29,143 nt of DNA from positions 1-29,143 of the forward strand of contig JADFYS010000001.1 of NCBI GenBank assembly GCA_015232955.1, in the 5' to 3' direction. Shown piece by piece: positions 1-7,857 of this stretch (positions are counted from its first letter, which is position 1; every line of letters begins with the position of its first letter). Source of the stretch: Gammaproteobacteria bacterium (GTDB taxonomy: Bacteria; Pseudomonadota; Gammaproteobacteria; Thiohalomonadales; Thiohalomonadaceae). The notes under the pieces are model-generated. The model was not told the DNA's origin, ran no database searches, and saw only the letters and a program-made list of their open reading frames with translations. The position numbers and the translations under genes were made by a program.

Positions 1-147
1 ATCGATCCCCCCTGTTACCACCTCCATCTTCTGCGGATCGAGCGGGATCTGTCCCGAAAGGTAGACGGTATTGCCAACCTGGACGGCCTGAGAGTAGGTG
101 CCGATCGCCCGTGGTGCTTTATCCGTATGGATAATCTTTTTAGTCAT
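1..147 (-). CDS. ridA: RidA/YjgF/YER057c/UK114 family enamine-imine deaminase, 5' part (runs off window start; not in ORF track)
   Basis: Manual translation from ATG at 147: [49 protein letters not shown]. The AP.AIG.YSQA...[12 protein letters not shown] signature is typical of RidA. SD-like AGAGG upstream. Confidence 0.9.
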   Translation of the reverse strand, partial: MTKKIIHTDKAPRAIGTYSQAVQVGNTVYLSGQIPLDPQKMEVVTGGID

Positions 148-189
148 GGTTTGAGCCTCTGTTGTGCGATGAAGTTAGAATCCTCTTTC

Positions 190-240
190 TATACCTAAGA
201 TACCTGAAAACGCAGGCTCCAGAAAGCCGATAATCGCGAC
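190..240 (+). mobile_element. Left end of TA-flanked TACCC-family MITE (copy A, truncated)
   Basis: TATACCTAAGATACCTGAAAACGCAGGCTCCAGAAAGCCGATAATCGCGAC aligns ungapped with the starts of the copies at 28304 and 29017. Confidence 0.75.
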
Positions 241-264
241 GCTTCTGCGCACGCTTTAAGGGTT

Positions 265-331
265 CGGATTTTAGCGTGAAAGACACTTCATGATCGAGGG
301 TGACGCCACCCCACTCATGCAAGTTAGGATG
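265..331 (+). repeat. Dispersed repeat family D, copy 1
   Basis: 271-331 matches the reverse complement of 26670-26730 (61 bp, 6 mismatches by hand). CGGATTTTAG also recurs at 9504-9514 and, reversed, at 26924-26933. Confidence 0.8.
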
Positions 332-332
332 A

Positions 333-360
333 AAGGGAGTGTTCACTTCACTCTCCCCTT
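333..360 (-). terminator. Possible terminator hairpin downstream of rnfH
   Basis: Minus strand AAGGG(GA)GAGTG-AAGTGAA-CACTCCCTTT: bulged stem with only a short U tract. Confidence 0.3.
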
Positions 361-397
361 TTATGACAGCGGTGCTCTGTTTTTCGTAAGGGGGGCG

Positions 398-661
398 TTA
401 GTCGAGATCTCTGCGTTCTACCTGCTCCGGATCTGCGGTAATTTCGCGATAGATCTCGATCCGTTCCCCCTCGTTCACAGGCGCTTCAAGTCTCGTCACT
501 TTACCAAAGATCCCCACTTTCTGCTGCTTGAGATCGATCTCTGGAAACTGTTTGAGCAGGCCAGAGTGTTCTATGGCGTCGATGACCCGACTTCCATTTG
601 GGACCTCTAGCTTGAGCCACACCTGTCGGAATTTATCGGCGTAGGCGACACCCACATTCAT
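398..661 (-). CDS. rnfH: RnfH (ubiquitin-like fold) protein
   Basis: 87 aa with V.VAYA and VGIFGK...GERIEIYR.ITADP motifs; last gene of the rnf operon; GAGGAG SD. Confidence 0.92.
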   Translation of the reverse strand: MNVGVAYADKFRQVWLKLEVPNGSRVIDAIEHSGLLKQFPEIDLKQQKVGIFGKVTRLEAPVNEGERIEIYREITADPEQVERRDLD

Positions 662-675
662 AAGAGTCTCCTCAG

Positions 676-1362
676 TTAATTTTGCGTAAGAGCCAGTTCT
701 TGTTCGGCTCTCTCTGCTGCGATAGCTGCCAGCTTGCGATCAATCAATCTTTTACCCGCGAGAATAAAGCCGAGGACGAGAAAGCCGCCAGGAGGGAGAA
801 TGATGAGAAGAAAACCTTTGTAATCGGGGATGAGTTCGAGTTCGAGGATTGAGGCCCAGCTACCGAGAAGGAGTGAGGCGTTGGCAAAGAGGGTGCCACT
901 GCCGAGGATCTCCCGCGCCCCCCCCAGTACCACCATCACCAGGGTGAAGCCGATCCCCATCATCAGACCGTCAAACAGGCTGGGAAGGATCGGGTTGCGC
1001 GAGGCAAAAGATTCGGCCCGCCCGAGAATGGCGCAGTTGGTGACAATTAGGGGGATAAATAGCCCGAGAATCTTGTGCAGGTCGTGAACCCAGGCGTTCA
1101 TGACCATATCCACCAGAGTAACGAGAACGGCAATAATCAAGACAAAGACCGGGATTCTCACCTGTGGGGTGATAACTCCCCGCACCAACGAGATAATCAT
1201 CCCCGAGGCGATAAGCACCACCATCGATGCCAGCCCCATCCCCAGGCCGTTACTGGCAGTACCGGTCACCGCGAGGAGGGGACATAGTCCCAGCGCCTGA
1301 GCGAAGATGATATTGTTATCCCAGAGTCCATCTTTGGCAATTCGGCGATAGTCGTGACTCAT
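676..1362 (-). CDS. rnfE: Rnf electron transport complex subunit E
   Basis: GLW.NN...Q.LGLCPLLAVT and FIPLIVTNCAILGRAE motifs; multi-TM. Confidence 0.96.
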   Translation of the reverse strand: MSHDYRRIAKDGLWDNNIIFAQALGLCPLLAVTGTASNGLGMGLASMVVLIASGMIISLVRGVITPQVRIPVFVLIIAVLVTLVDMVMNAWVHDLHKILGLFIPLIVTNCAILGRAESFASRNPILPSLFDGLMMGIGFTLVMVVLGGAREILGSGTLFANASLLLGSWASILELELIPDYKGFLLIILPPGGFLVLGFILAGKRLIDRKLAAIAAERAEQELALTQN

Positions 1363-2027
1363 GGTGATGAGACCTCTTGTGGTAGTGGAGTTACCGTTGA
1401 TGTGGTTAAAGTGATGAGTTGTGGCTTAAATTCGCTAAAAAAGTCGAGACCTTTTTCGATCGCTTCCAGTACTGCCCTTGGGGTGATGGTCGCTCCGCTA
1501 AAGGCGTCGAAGTTGCCCCCGTCCTTTTTCACTCTCCAGCCTGAGCGGGATGGATTGCCCATGGAGAGGCCATTAAACTGGAGGATCCAGTCGTTTTTCG
1601 CCACCTCAATCTTATCACCCAGTCCCGGGGTTTCGGCATGGGAGAGCACTCGGACACCGATGATCTCACCGCTGGCATTGACCCCCATAATGATTCGAAT
1701 CTCTCCCGAATAGCCACTTTGAGTCTCCGCTTCGTAGGCGAGAGCGGTGACGCGGTTGTGATCAGTTCCGCGATAGACCGTAACTTGAGTGCCGTCTGCT
1801 CGAGTGATCTTCAGCGGTTGATCGAGGAGATCGTTATCAAACAGGGCTGCAGGAACTACCTCGTGAAGTGAGGTGAGAAGGTCTTCGCGATGGCGTTCGG
1901 CAATCGCCTCCCGGGTTAGGGCGTTGCCAGAGACGAGAAGGGCGGTGGCGAGGGTTGAGAAGCTCCCCAAGAGGAGTGCCTGATAACCGATGGTGTCGCG
2001 AAAGCGACTTAAGAGACCTGCTGCCAC
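1359..2027 (-). CDS. rnfG: Rnf subunit G (FMN-binding)
   Basis: GTG start overlapping the rnfD stop; single N-terminal TM; H.ETPGLG and FDAFSGATIT covalent-FMN motif. Confidence 0.95.
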   Translation of the reverse strand: MAAGLLSRFRDTIGYQALLLGSFSTLATALLVSGNALTREAIAERHREDLLTSLHEVVPAALFDNDLLDQPLKITRADGTQVTVYRGTDHNRVTALAYEAETQSGYSGEIRIIMGVNASGEIIGVRVLSHAETPGLGDKIEVAKNDWILQFNGLSMGNPSRSGWRVKKDGGNFDAFSGATITPRAVLEAIEKGLDFFSEFKPQLITLTTSTVTPLPQEVSSP

Positions 2028-3112
2028 TAGCGATTCTCCTCCTGTTCACCATACTGAATGGGGACACCCTTGCGATCCCGACCATAGACGCGGGGCTTGA
2101 GGTAGTGATCCAGAAGGGGGGTCAGGGAGTTCATTAACATCACCGCAAAGGCGACCCCTTCGGGATAGCTGGCCCAGGTACGAATGATAAAGGTGAGGAG
2201 TCCACAGCCGATGCCAAACACAATCTGCCCCCGGATTGAGACCGGCGATGTCACAAGATCCGTGGCGATAAAGAAGGCGCCAAGAATGGCTGCACCCGAG
2301 AGGAGATGGGTTAAAGGAGAGATATAGTGAGTAGGATCCAGCCAGTGAAAGAGGGCGGCAGAGAGAAAGAGGGTGCTAAGCATCGCTAGCGGGATGTGCC
2401 AGGTGATAATCCGCTGCCAGAGCAGAAATAGCCCACCGGCGAGGAGAAGTAGGGCAGAGGTTTCGCCCATGCTGCCGCTGATGCTGCCCCAACTGAGCTG
2501 CCAGATGGAGTCGGTTGTGGTTGCAATCTGGTCGACACTCACCCCTCTGCCCAGTTCGGTCTGAAAATGGCCGAGGATGGTGGCACTGGTGATGGCGTCT
2601 GGTGTGGTGCCAAGACCGAGGGTGATGAGTAGCCCCTCGATCATCCCGGGGGCGGAGGCACTACCGAGAGGCAGCGGAGAGGTGAAGAGGGTCATCTCCA
2701 GCGGGAATGAGATCAGCAGCGCGACCCGAGCGACCATCGCCGGGTTAAATAGATTTTGACCCAGCCCTCCGAAGATCTGTTTACCGACAATAATCGCTAA
2801 CAGGGCGCCAACTACGGCGATCCACCATGGTGCCCACGGAGGAAGGGTGAGGGCGAGAAGCCAGCCGGTAAGCAGTGCAGAGCCGTCAAAGAGAAAAGGG
2901 CGGATCGGTTTGCCAGCGATACGCAGGGAGATCCCTTCTGCGACAACCGCGGTGGTGAGGGTGATGATGAAGAGGAAGATTGCCGGCCACCCGTACTGAT
3001 AGAGTCCGAAGAGCGTTGCTGGAACCAGGGCGATCATCACCAGTGACATGGTTCTGGTGACGCTGGTAGGGGCGTGTATATAGGGTGCGGAGAAAGGCTG
3101 CGCATCGCTCAT
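2027..3112 (-). CDS. rnfD: Rnf subunit D
   Basis: KQIFGGLGQNLFNPAMVAR, DAITSAT (FMN-Thr), GSMGETS, FFIATDLVTSP and YPEGVAFAV motifs. Confidence 0.96.
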   Translation of the reverse strand: MSDAQPFSAPYIHAPTSVTRTMSLVMIALVPATLFGLYQYGWPAIFLFIITLTTAVVAEGISLRIAGKPIRPFLFDGSALLTGWLLALTLPPWAPWWIAVVGALLAIIVGKQIFGGLGQNLFNPAMVARVALLISFPLEMTLFTSPLPLGSASAPGMIEGLLITLGLGTTPDAITSATILGHFQTELGRGVSVDQIATTTDSIWQLSWGSISGSMGETSALLLLAGGLFLLWQRIITWHIPLAMLSTLFLSAALFHWLDPTHYISPLTHLLSGAAILGAFFIATDLVTSPVSIRGQIVFGIGCGLLTFIIRTWASYPEGVAFAVMLMNSLTPLLDHYLKPRVYGRDRKGVPIQYGEQEENR

Positions 3113-4653
3113 GCCACGGCACTCCCGGTAGAAACGGTCTCAGTCTGCTTCGACTGTTGAGCCTCTTGCTCTTGTTGCGCCTTTTCTGCCCGTTTCTTCT
3201 CTTCCATCTCCCGTTTCCGTTTGAGCAGGGCCTCTTTCTTCGCCCGTTTCATCTCCTCCATGCGTGCGGTGCGCGCCTCGGCGAGCCGTTTGGTCTCGCC
3301 CTGTTTGTGCTGCATCCGCTGACGCGAGGCGAGTTCTCCCTTGGCAAAATTAAAGTACTGCACCAGTGGGATATTGGCGGGACAGACAAAGGAGCAGGAT
3401 CCACAGGCGATACAGTCGAGCAGTCCGAGGTGAACCGAATTGTCGAGGCTACCGTTGCGAATGGTGGCCGCCATCTCAAGGGGGACGAGACCACAGGGGC
3501 AGGCGGAGACACAGCTAGCACAGCGGATACAGGGCATTTCGCTCTTTTCACTCACCTCTGCCGCCGAGAGGGCGAGGAGTCCGTTACTCCCCTTAATTAC
3601 CGGAACGCGGGTGCTGGGGAGCGGTTGTCCCATCATCGGGCCACCGCTGACGATGCGTACCGGCTCTTCGGTAAACCCCTGACAGGCGCGAATCAGATCT
3701 GCGACAGGGGTTCCGAGAGGGACCAACAGGTTGCGAGGCTCTTTAATCGCCCCGCCGCTGATGGTCATCACCCTAGAGATAAGTGGCTGTCCGAGAAAGA
3801 GGGCGTCATGGACCGCTTTCGCCGTGGCGACATTGTGGACAACGATCCCGATATCGGCGGTCAACCCTCGGGCAGGGGTCTCCTTGCCGGTGAGCGCCTG
3901 CACCAGATGTTTCTCTGAACCCATCGGGTAGCGGGTCGGGAGGGCGATGACCTTAAAATGGGGGAGCGCGGCAGCTGCCTCGGACATCGCTGCAATCGCC
4001 TCCGGTTTGTTCTTTTCGATGGCAAAGAGGATGGTCTCCACCCCCAGTGCCTGCGCCATTAGCCGCACACCGTCTCGCACCTGTTCGCTATGTTCGCGCA
4101 TTAGACGATCATCACAGGTGAGATAAGGTTCACATTCGGCACCATTAATCACCAGCGCCTTCAGGGTGTAGCGTTTACGCAGGTTGAGTTTGACTGCAGA
4201 GGGGAAGGTGGCGCCCCCCATACCGACGATACCTGCGGCAGCTACCCGCTGCGCAATCTCATCCGGTGAGAGGGCGAAGGGATCCGCCTCGGGGGTGATG
4301 CTCTCATGCCACTCCTCAAGACCATCGGGCTTCAGGGTGATGGTACGAACCGAGAGGCCAGAGGCGTGGTGGGCAGGAAATCCCCCGATCCCCATCACCC
4401 GGCCAGAGGTGGGGGCGTGAACCGGAGCCGAGATCATCCCCTGATTACGCGCGAGGATCTGCCCCTTTTTGACGGTATCTCCCCGCTGTACCAACGGCTC
4501 GGCAGGGGCACCAATGTGCTGCTGAAGTGGGATATGGAGTAGAGACGGCATCGGCAGCGCCTCGATTGCGGCAGAGGCGCTAAGCTGTTTGCGATCTTCG
4601 GGATGGACACCGCCACGCACCGGGAAGAGCTTAAATCCGAAAGTGAGTCCCAT
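3109..4653 (-). CDS. rnfC: Rnf subunit C (start corrected from 4911 to ATG 4653)
   Basis: GGVHP, QHIGAPA, GMGGATFP, NGAECEPYLTCD and two CxxCxxCxxxCP clusters, plus a charged C-terminal tail. ATG 4653 lies 1 nt after the rnfB stop (TGA-G-ATG). Confidence 0.95.
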   Translation of the reverse strand: MGLTFGFKLFPVRGGVHPEDRKQLSASAAIEALPMPSLLHIPLQQHIGAPAEPLVQRGDTVKKGQILARNQGMISAPVHAPTSGRVMGIGGFPAHHASGLSVRTITLKPDGLEEWHESITPEADPFALSPDEIAQRVAAAGIVGMGGATFPSAVKLNLRKRYTLKALVINGAECEPYLTCDDRLMREHSEQVRDGVRLMAQALGVETILFAIEKNKPEAIAAMSEAAAALPHFKVIALPTRYPMGSEKHLVQALTGKETPARGLTADIGIVVHNVATAKAVHDALFLGQPLISRVMTISGGAIKEPRNLLVPLGTPVADLIRACQGFTEEPVRIVSGGPMMGQPLPSTRVPVIKGSNGLLALSAAEVSEKSEMPCIRCASCVSACPCGLVPLEMAATIRNGSLDNSVHLGLLDCIACGSCSFVCPANIPLVQYFNFAKGELASRQRMQHKQGETKRLAEARTARMEEMKRAKKEALLKRKREMEEKKRAEKAQQEQEAQQSKQTETVSTGSAVA

Positions 4654-4654
4654 C

Positions 4655-5191
4655 TCAGGCAGCCTCAGCGCTAATTGGTGCCGGCCAGTACCAGGTCTGG
4701 AGGGTCGGGGTGATGGGACGCATTTCGATACACTCTGTGGGACAGACCTCGAAACAGAGTTCACAACCGGTACAGGCGTCGGCGAATACGGCGTGAATCT
4801 GTTTTGGGCCACCGATAATTGCGTCGGTGGGGCAGCGTTTGAAACACTTGGTGCAGCCGATACAGAGGTTCTCATGGACAAAAGCGATGGCTGGGGCCTT
4901 CTCTTCGACACTGCTCATGTCGATACTCACCCCCATCAGCTCCGCCAGTGACTCCACCAGCGCCTTGCCACCGGGGGGGCACATCGTTACCGCAGCCTCC
5001 CCTTCGGCAACCGCTGCCGCAGCAGGGGTGCAGCCCGGATAGCCGCACTGACCACACTGTGAACCGGGGAGGAGCGCTTCAATCTCCTGCTGTAACGGAT
5101 TCCCCTCTACCGCGAGATAGCGCGAGGCAAAACCGAGCATGGCCCCCATGGAGAGACCCAGAGCGGTGATGATGATTATGGCTGTGAACAT
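4655..5191 (-). CDS. rnfB: Rnf subunit B (ferredoxin-like)
   Basis: LPGSQCGQCGYPGC...CPPGG, then CIGCTKCFKRCP and CTGCELCFEVCP. GGAGG SD 5-6 nt before ATG 5191 (the track's 5194 start is TTG). Confidence 0.95.
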   Translation of the reverse strand: MFTAIIIITALGLSMGAMLGFASRYLAVEGNPLQQEIEALLPGSQCGQCGYPGCTPAAAAVAEGEAAVTMCPPGGKALVESLAELMGVSIDMSSVEEKAPAIAFVHENLCIGCTKCFKRCPTDAIIGGPKQIHAVFADACTGCELCFEVCPTECIEMRPITPTLQTWYWPAPISAEAA

Positions 5192-5214
5192 CAATATCCC
5201 TCCATCTGTTGTGG

Positions 5215-5787
5215 TCAGGCCAGTCCGGCAAAGCCCATAAAGGCGAGCGACATTAGACCGGCAACGACATAAGCGATGGGGGCACCGCTAAAGGCAGCCG
5301 GAACATTGGCCAGTGCGAGCCGTTCGCGCAGGCCGGCAAACATCACCAGCACCAGAGTAAAGCCGAGCGCTGAACCGAAGCCGTAGAGCAGGCTCTCTAC
5401 AAAATTATGGTTCTGCTGCACATTGAGGAGAGCGACCCCCAGAACCGCACAGTTGGTGGTGATGAGTGGCAGAAAGATCCCGAGCACCTGATAGAGGGTA
5501 GGGGAGGTCTTGTGAACCACCATCTCGGTAAATTGAACCACTACCGCAATGACTAAAATAAAGGTGAGAATGCGGAGATAGCCGAGATCGAGAGGGGTTA
5601 GGACAAAGTGCTCGAGCAGCCAACCGGCAAAGGCGGCGAGGGTGAGGACAAAGGTGGTCGCCAGCCCCATACCCAGAGCAGAGTCGAGCTTGTTTGAGAC
5701 CCCCATCAGTGGACAGAGACCGAGAAACTTCACCAGGACAACATTGTTGACCAGGGCGGTGGAGAGAATGATGAGCAGAAATTCCAT
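5215..5787 (-). CDS. rnfA: Rnf subunit A (start corrected to ATG 5787)
   Basis: [16 protein letters not shown] and [15 protein letters not shown] motifs. The longer 5844 start would overlap the sigma54 promoter. Confidence 0.95.
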   Translation of the reverse strand: MEFLLIILSTALVNNVVLVKFLGLCPLMGVSNKLDSALGMGLATTFVLTLAAFAGWLLEHFVLTPLDLGYLRILTFILVIAVVVQFTEMVVHKTSPTLYQVLGIFLPLITTNCAVLGVALLNVQQNHNFVESLLYGFGSALGFTLVLVMFAGLRERLALANVPAAFSGAPIAYVVAGLMSLAFMGFAGLA

Positions 5788-5827
5788 GTCCCGTGCTTTG
5801 GTGGTAGAGGAGTTATGACTTTGTTGA

Positions 5828-5844
5828 ATCAAAAAATGTGCCAA
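5828..5844 (-). promoter_or_regulatory. sigma54 (-24/-12) promoter of the rnf operon, non-canonical -12 (TTGA)
   Basis: Minus strand TTGGCAC-ATTTT-TTGAT versus consensus TGGCAC-N5-TTGC; about 40 nt before rnfA ATG; NifA sites upstream. Confidence 0.7.
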
Positions 5845-5979
5845 TAACCATTTATGATGAGCTGTTTGTGGTGAGGATATAGAGGTATATGCGGTGTATC
5901 ATGATGAATTTTTTGCATAAATTACCCATGGCCGGTGTACGGAAAATCGCTTGCTATCGTCCACTACTCTCTCGGAAAT

Positions 5980-5995
5980 TGTCTGATAGCGTACA
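5980..5995. promoter_or_regulatory. NifA upstream activator sequence 1
   Basis: TGT-CTGATAGCGT-ACA (TGT-N10-ACA). Confidence 0.75.
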
Positions 5996-6033
5996 GATAT
6001 ATCCATGTATCTTGGGCATAGAGGGGAGTGAGC

Positions 6034-6049
6034 TGTGGCGTTGATTACA
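6034..6049. promoter_or_regulatory. NifA upstream activator sequence 2
   Basis: TGT-GGCGTTGATT-ACA. Confidence 0.7.
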
Positions 6050-6118
6050 GTGGCAGCTGCACCGCTCTCATCGTCCCCTCAGCCGTTCGGGGAGAGGGTG
6101 TCGGTTGCAGATCTGTTT

Positions 6119-6134
6119 TGTTCGCTTTATGACA
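6119..6134. promoter_or_regulatory. NifA-type site 3 abutting the nifLA -24 element
   Basis: TGT-TCGCTTTATG-ACA, ending 3 nt before TGGTAT. Confidence 0.6.
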
Positions 6135-6137
6135 AAA

Positions 6138-6153
6138 TGGTATGCTACTTGCG
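6138..6153 (+). promoter_or_regulatory. sigma54 promoter of nifLA
   Basis: TGGTAT-GCTAC-TTGCG with exact GG-N10-GC spacing, about 50 nt before nifL ATG. Confidence 0.75.
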
Positions 6154-6204
6154 ACTGAAAGAGGGTTGAAGAGCTATTTTAATCAGTTTTACGGAGTGTG
6201 ACCT

Positions 6205-7857
6205 ATGGCGCAATTACCACCATCGACCGTGTCAGAGAGGATAGAACCTCTGCCAAGCGATGTGATTATGGCTTTTTTGGCCGCCCCTCCTGAGGGGACT
6301 CCGGCAGAGGTTTTGGCCGCTTTTGTGGCGACTGAAGGGGGGCGGTTTCTCCCGCCTCGCCTCTTTGTCGAGACGGTTGAGCAGGCGCCGGTAGCGATCT
6401 CGATCACGGATCCGAGTGCAAAAATTCTCTATGTGAATCAATCTTTTGAGAAACTTACAGGCTTTGATAGACTGGATGTTATCGGCAGAAAAGAGTCGAT
6501 CCTCTCCAGTGATTCGACCCCGGTTGAGGTTTATCGTCAACTGTGGGAGACCATTCGCGAGGGGAAGGTGTGGAGTGGCCGTCTGGTCAACTTGCGTCAG
6601 GACAAAAGTGAGTACCTCGCCGAGTTGACCATCTCTCCCGTCTACTCTGCGCGAGAGGAGATCGCCTACTATCTGGGGATGCACCGCGATATTACACCGC
6701 TGCACCAACTTGAACAGCGTCTCACCTTTCAGCGGGGGTTGACCGAGGCGGCGCTGAATGCGGTGCCGATGCTGGTTGCGGTGATCAACTCAGAGCGTAA
6801 GGTGTTACTGCATAATCACGCCTACACTACGCTACAAGAGGATCTGGCAGGGGCAGAACCGGGTTCGCTCCTCCTCGATGCCCTCTTTCAACAGAGTGAT
6901 TATGATTTTAAAAGCGCCTGTCATGCCGGTCAGAGCTTCTCCAACCTCGATGTCCGCCTCGATATCGCCTCGGCACAGTCACCGCGCTGGTTTAGCTGCT
7001 CAGGGGTGCGGGTGCGAGAGCTGGATGATGCGGCGGGTGATTACTTTCACCCCGCCCCCAAACAGCGCTGCTGCCTGCTCTTAACCGCCAATGAGGTGAC
7101 TGAGAGTCGGAACCGGATACAGGAGGCGCGGCTCAATATGATTCGCAGCCGAATGGACGAACTGCGGCGGATACAGACCATGCGCGAGACCCTCTCCGCC
7201 GCCATCTTTAAGTTGCAGGCGCCGATGAATGTGATTCGGGCGGCTCTGGCGATGGAGACCCCCCGCGATCCCGAAAGCCTGCGCACTGTTTTAGAGCAGG
7301 TGTTGGAGAATGGGGATGATGCGTTGGCGACGATTGAGTCCGCACTGCCGGTAACGGTTACGGAACAGCGTTCGGATCTGAGTATCAATGCGCTGCTGCA
7401 AGAGGTGTTGAAACTCTCTACCGAAAAGCTGCTCGCAGCGGGGGTGGTCGTTGACTGGCGTCCCGATCCGCTGCTACCGCTGGTGAAGGGGCAGGAGAAT
7501 GGGCTGCGCGGACTCTTTCTCGCCTTGATTGATAATGCGATCACCGCGCTTGCGGAAAGTGGCAAGAGCCAGCGCGAGATCCGGATCCAGAATCGGGTTG
7601 CCGGTGAGGCGGTGCTGGTAGAGGTGATGGACAACGGCACCGGTATTGAAGAGGAGATCCGCTTTAAGGTGTTTGAGCCGTTTTTCTGTGGCTGGCGTCG
7701 TGCCGGCAAACATGCGGGGGTGGGACTCTCCATTGCCCAGGAGGTGATGGTCAATCATGGCGGGAGTATCGAGGTGGATCCCAACTTTCAGGGGGGGTGC
7801 CGTCTCTTTGTAAGAATCCCGGTCAATGGAGAGGAGGGGAGCAGAGATCATGGATAA
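6205..7857 (+). CDS. nifL: Nitrogen fixation negative regulator NifL (PAS-PAS-GHKL)
   Basis: F.ETVEQAPVAISITD, ESILSS..TP, YLAELTISPV, YYLGMHRD, PRWFSC, LQAPMNVI, LIDNAI, DNGTGI and VFEPFF, collinear with Azotobacter-type NifL; directly upstream of nifA; GGAG SD. Confidence 0.93.
   Translation: MAQLPPSTVSERIEPLPSDVIMAFLAAPPEGTPAEVLAAFVATEGGRFLPPRLFVETVEQAPVAISITDPSAKILYVNQSFEKLTGFDRLDVIGRKESILSSDSTPVEVYRQLWETIREGKVWSGRLVNLRQDKSEYLAELTISPVYSAREEIAYYLGMHRDITPLHQLEQRLTFQRGLTEAALNAVPMLVAVINSERKVLLHNHAYTTLQEDLAGAEPGSLLLDALFQQSDYDFKSACHAGQSFSNLDVRLDIASAQSPRWFSCSGVRVRELDDAAGDYFHPAPKQRCCLLLTANEVTESRNRIQEARLNMIRSRMDELRRIQTMRETLSAAIFKLQAPMNVIRAALAMETPRDPESLRTVLEQVLENGDDALATIESALPVTVTEQRSDLSINALLQEVLKLSTEKLLAAGVVVDWRPDPLLPLVKGQENGLRGLFLALIDNAITALAESGKSQREIRIQNRVAGEAVLVEVMDNGTGIEEEIRFKVFEPFFCGWRRAGKHAGVGLSIAQEVMVNHGGSIEVDPNFQGGCRLFVRIPVNGEEGSRDHG

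Noticed and set aside
320-331. GTTAGG in family D as an integron attC core
   Set aside because: Does not fit GTTRRRY with a paired RYYYAAC inverse core; no cassette ORFs or integrase.
140-610. ORFs 140-346 and 290-610
   Set aside because: Made of repeat sequence and rnfH antisense; the real genes are ridA and rnfH.
3085-3918. 277-aa plus-strand ORF
   Set aside because: Antisense shadow of rnfC; no motifs or SD.
4654-4911. 86-codon N-terminal extension of RnfC in the ORF track
   Set aside because: Lies inside rnfB in another frame and is low-complexity S/P/V-rich; ATG 4653 is coupled to the rnfB stop and gives a normal RnfC N-terminus.
5900-5918. TGATGA-ATTTT-TTGCA sigma54-like box and NtrC half site TGCACC (6057)
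   Set aside because: No -24 GG; the NtrC palindrome lacks its second half.
7047-7754. 235-aa minus-strand ORF
   Set aside because: Antisense to nifL; Ser-rich shadow translation.
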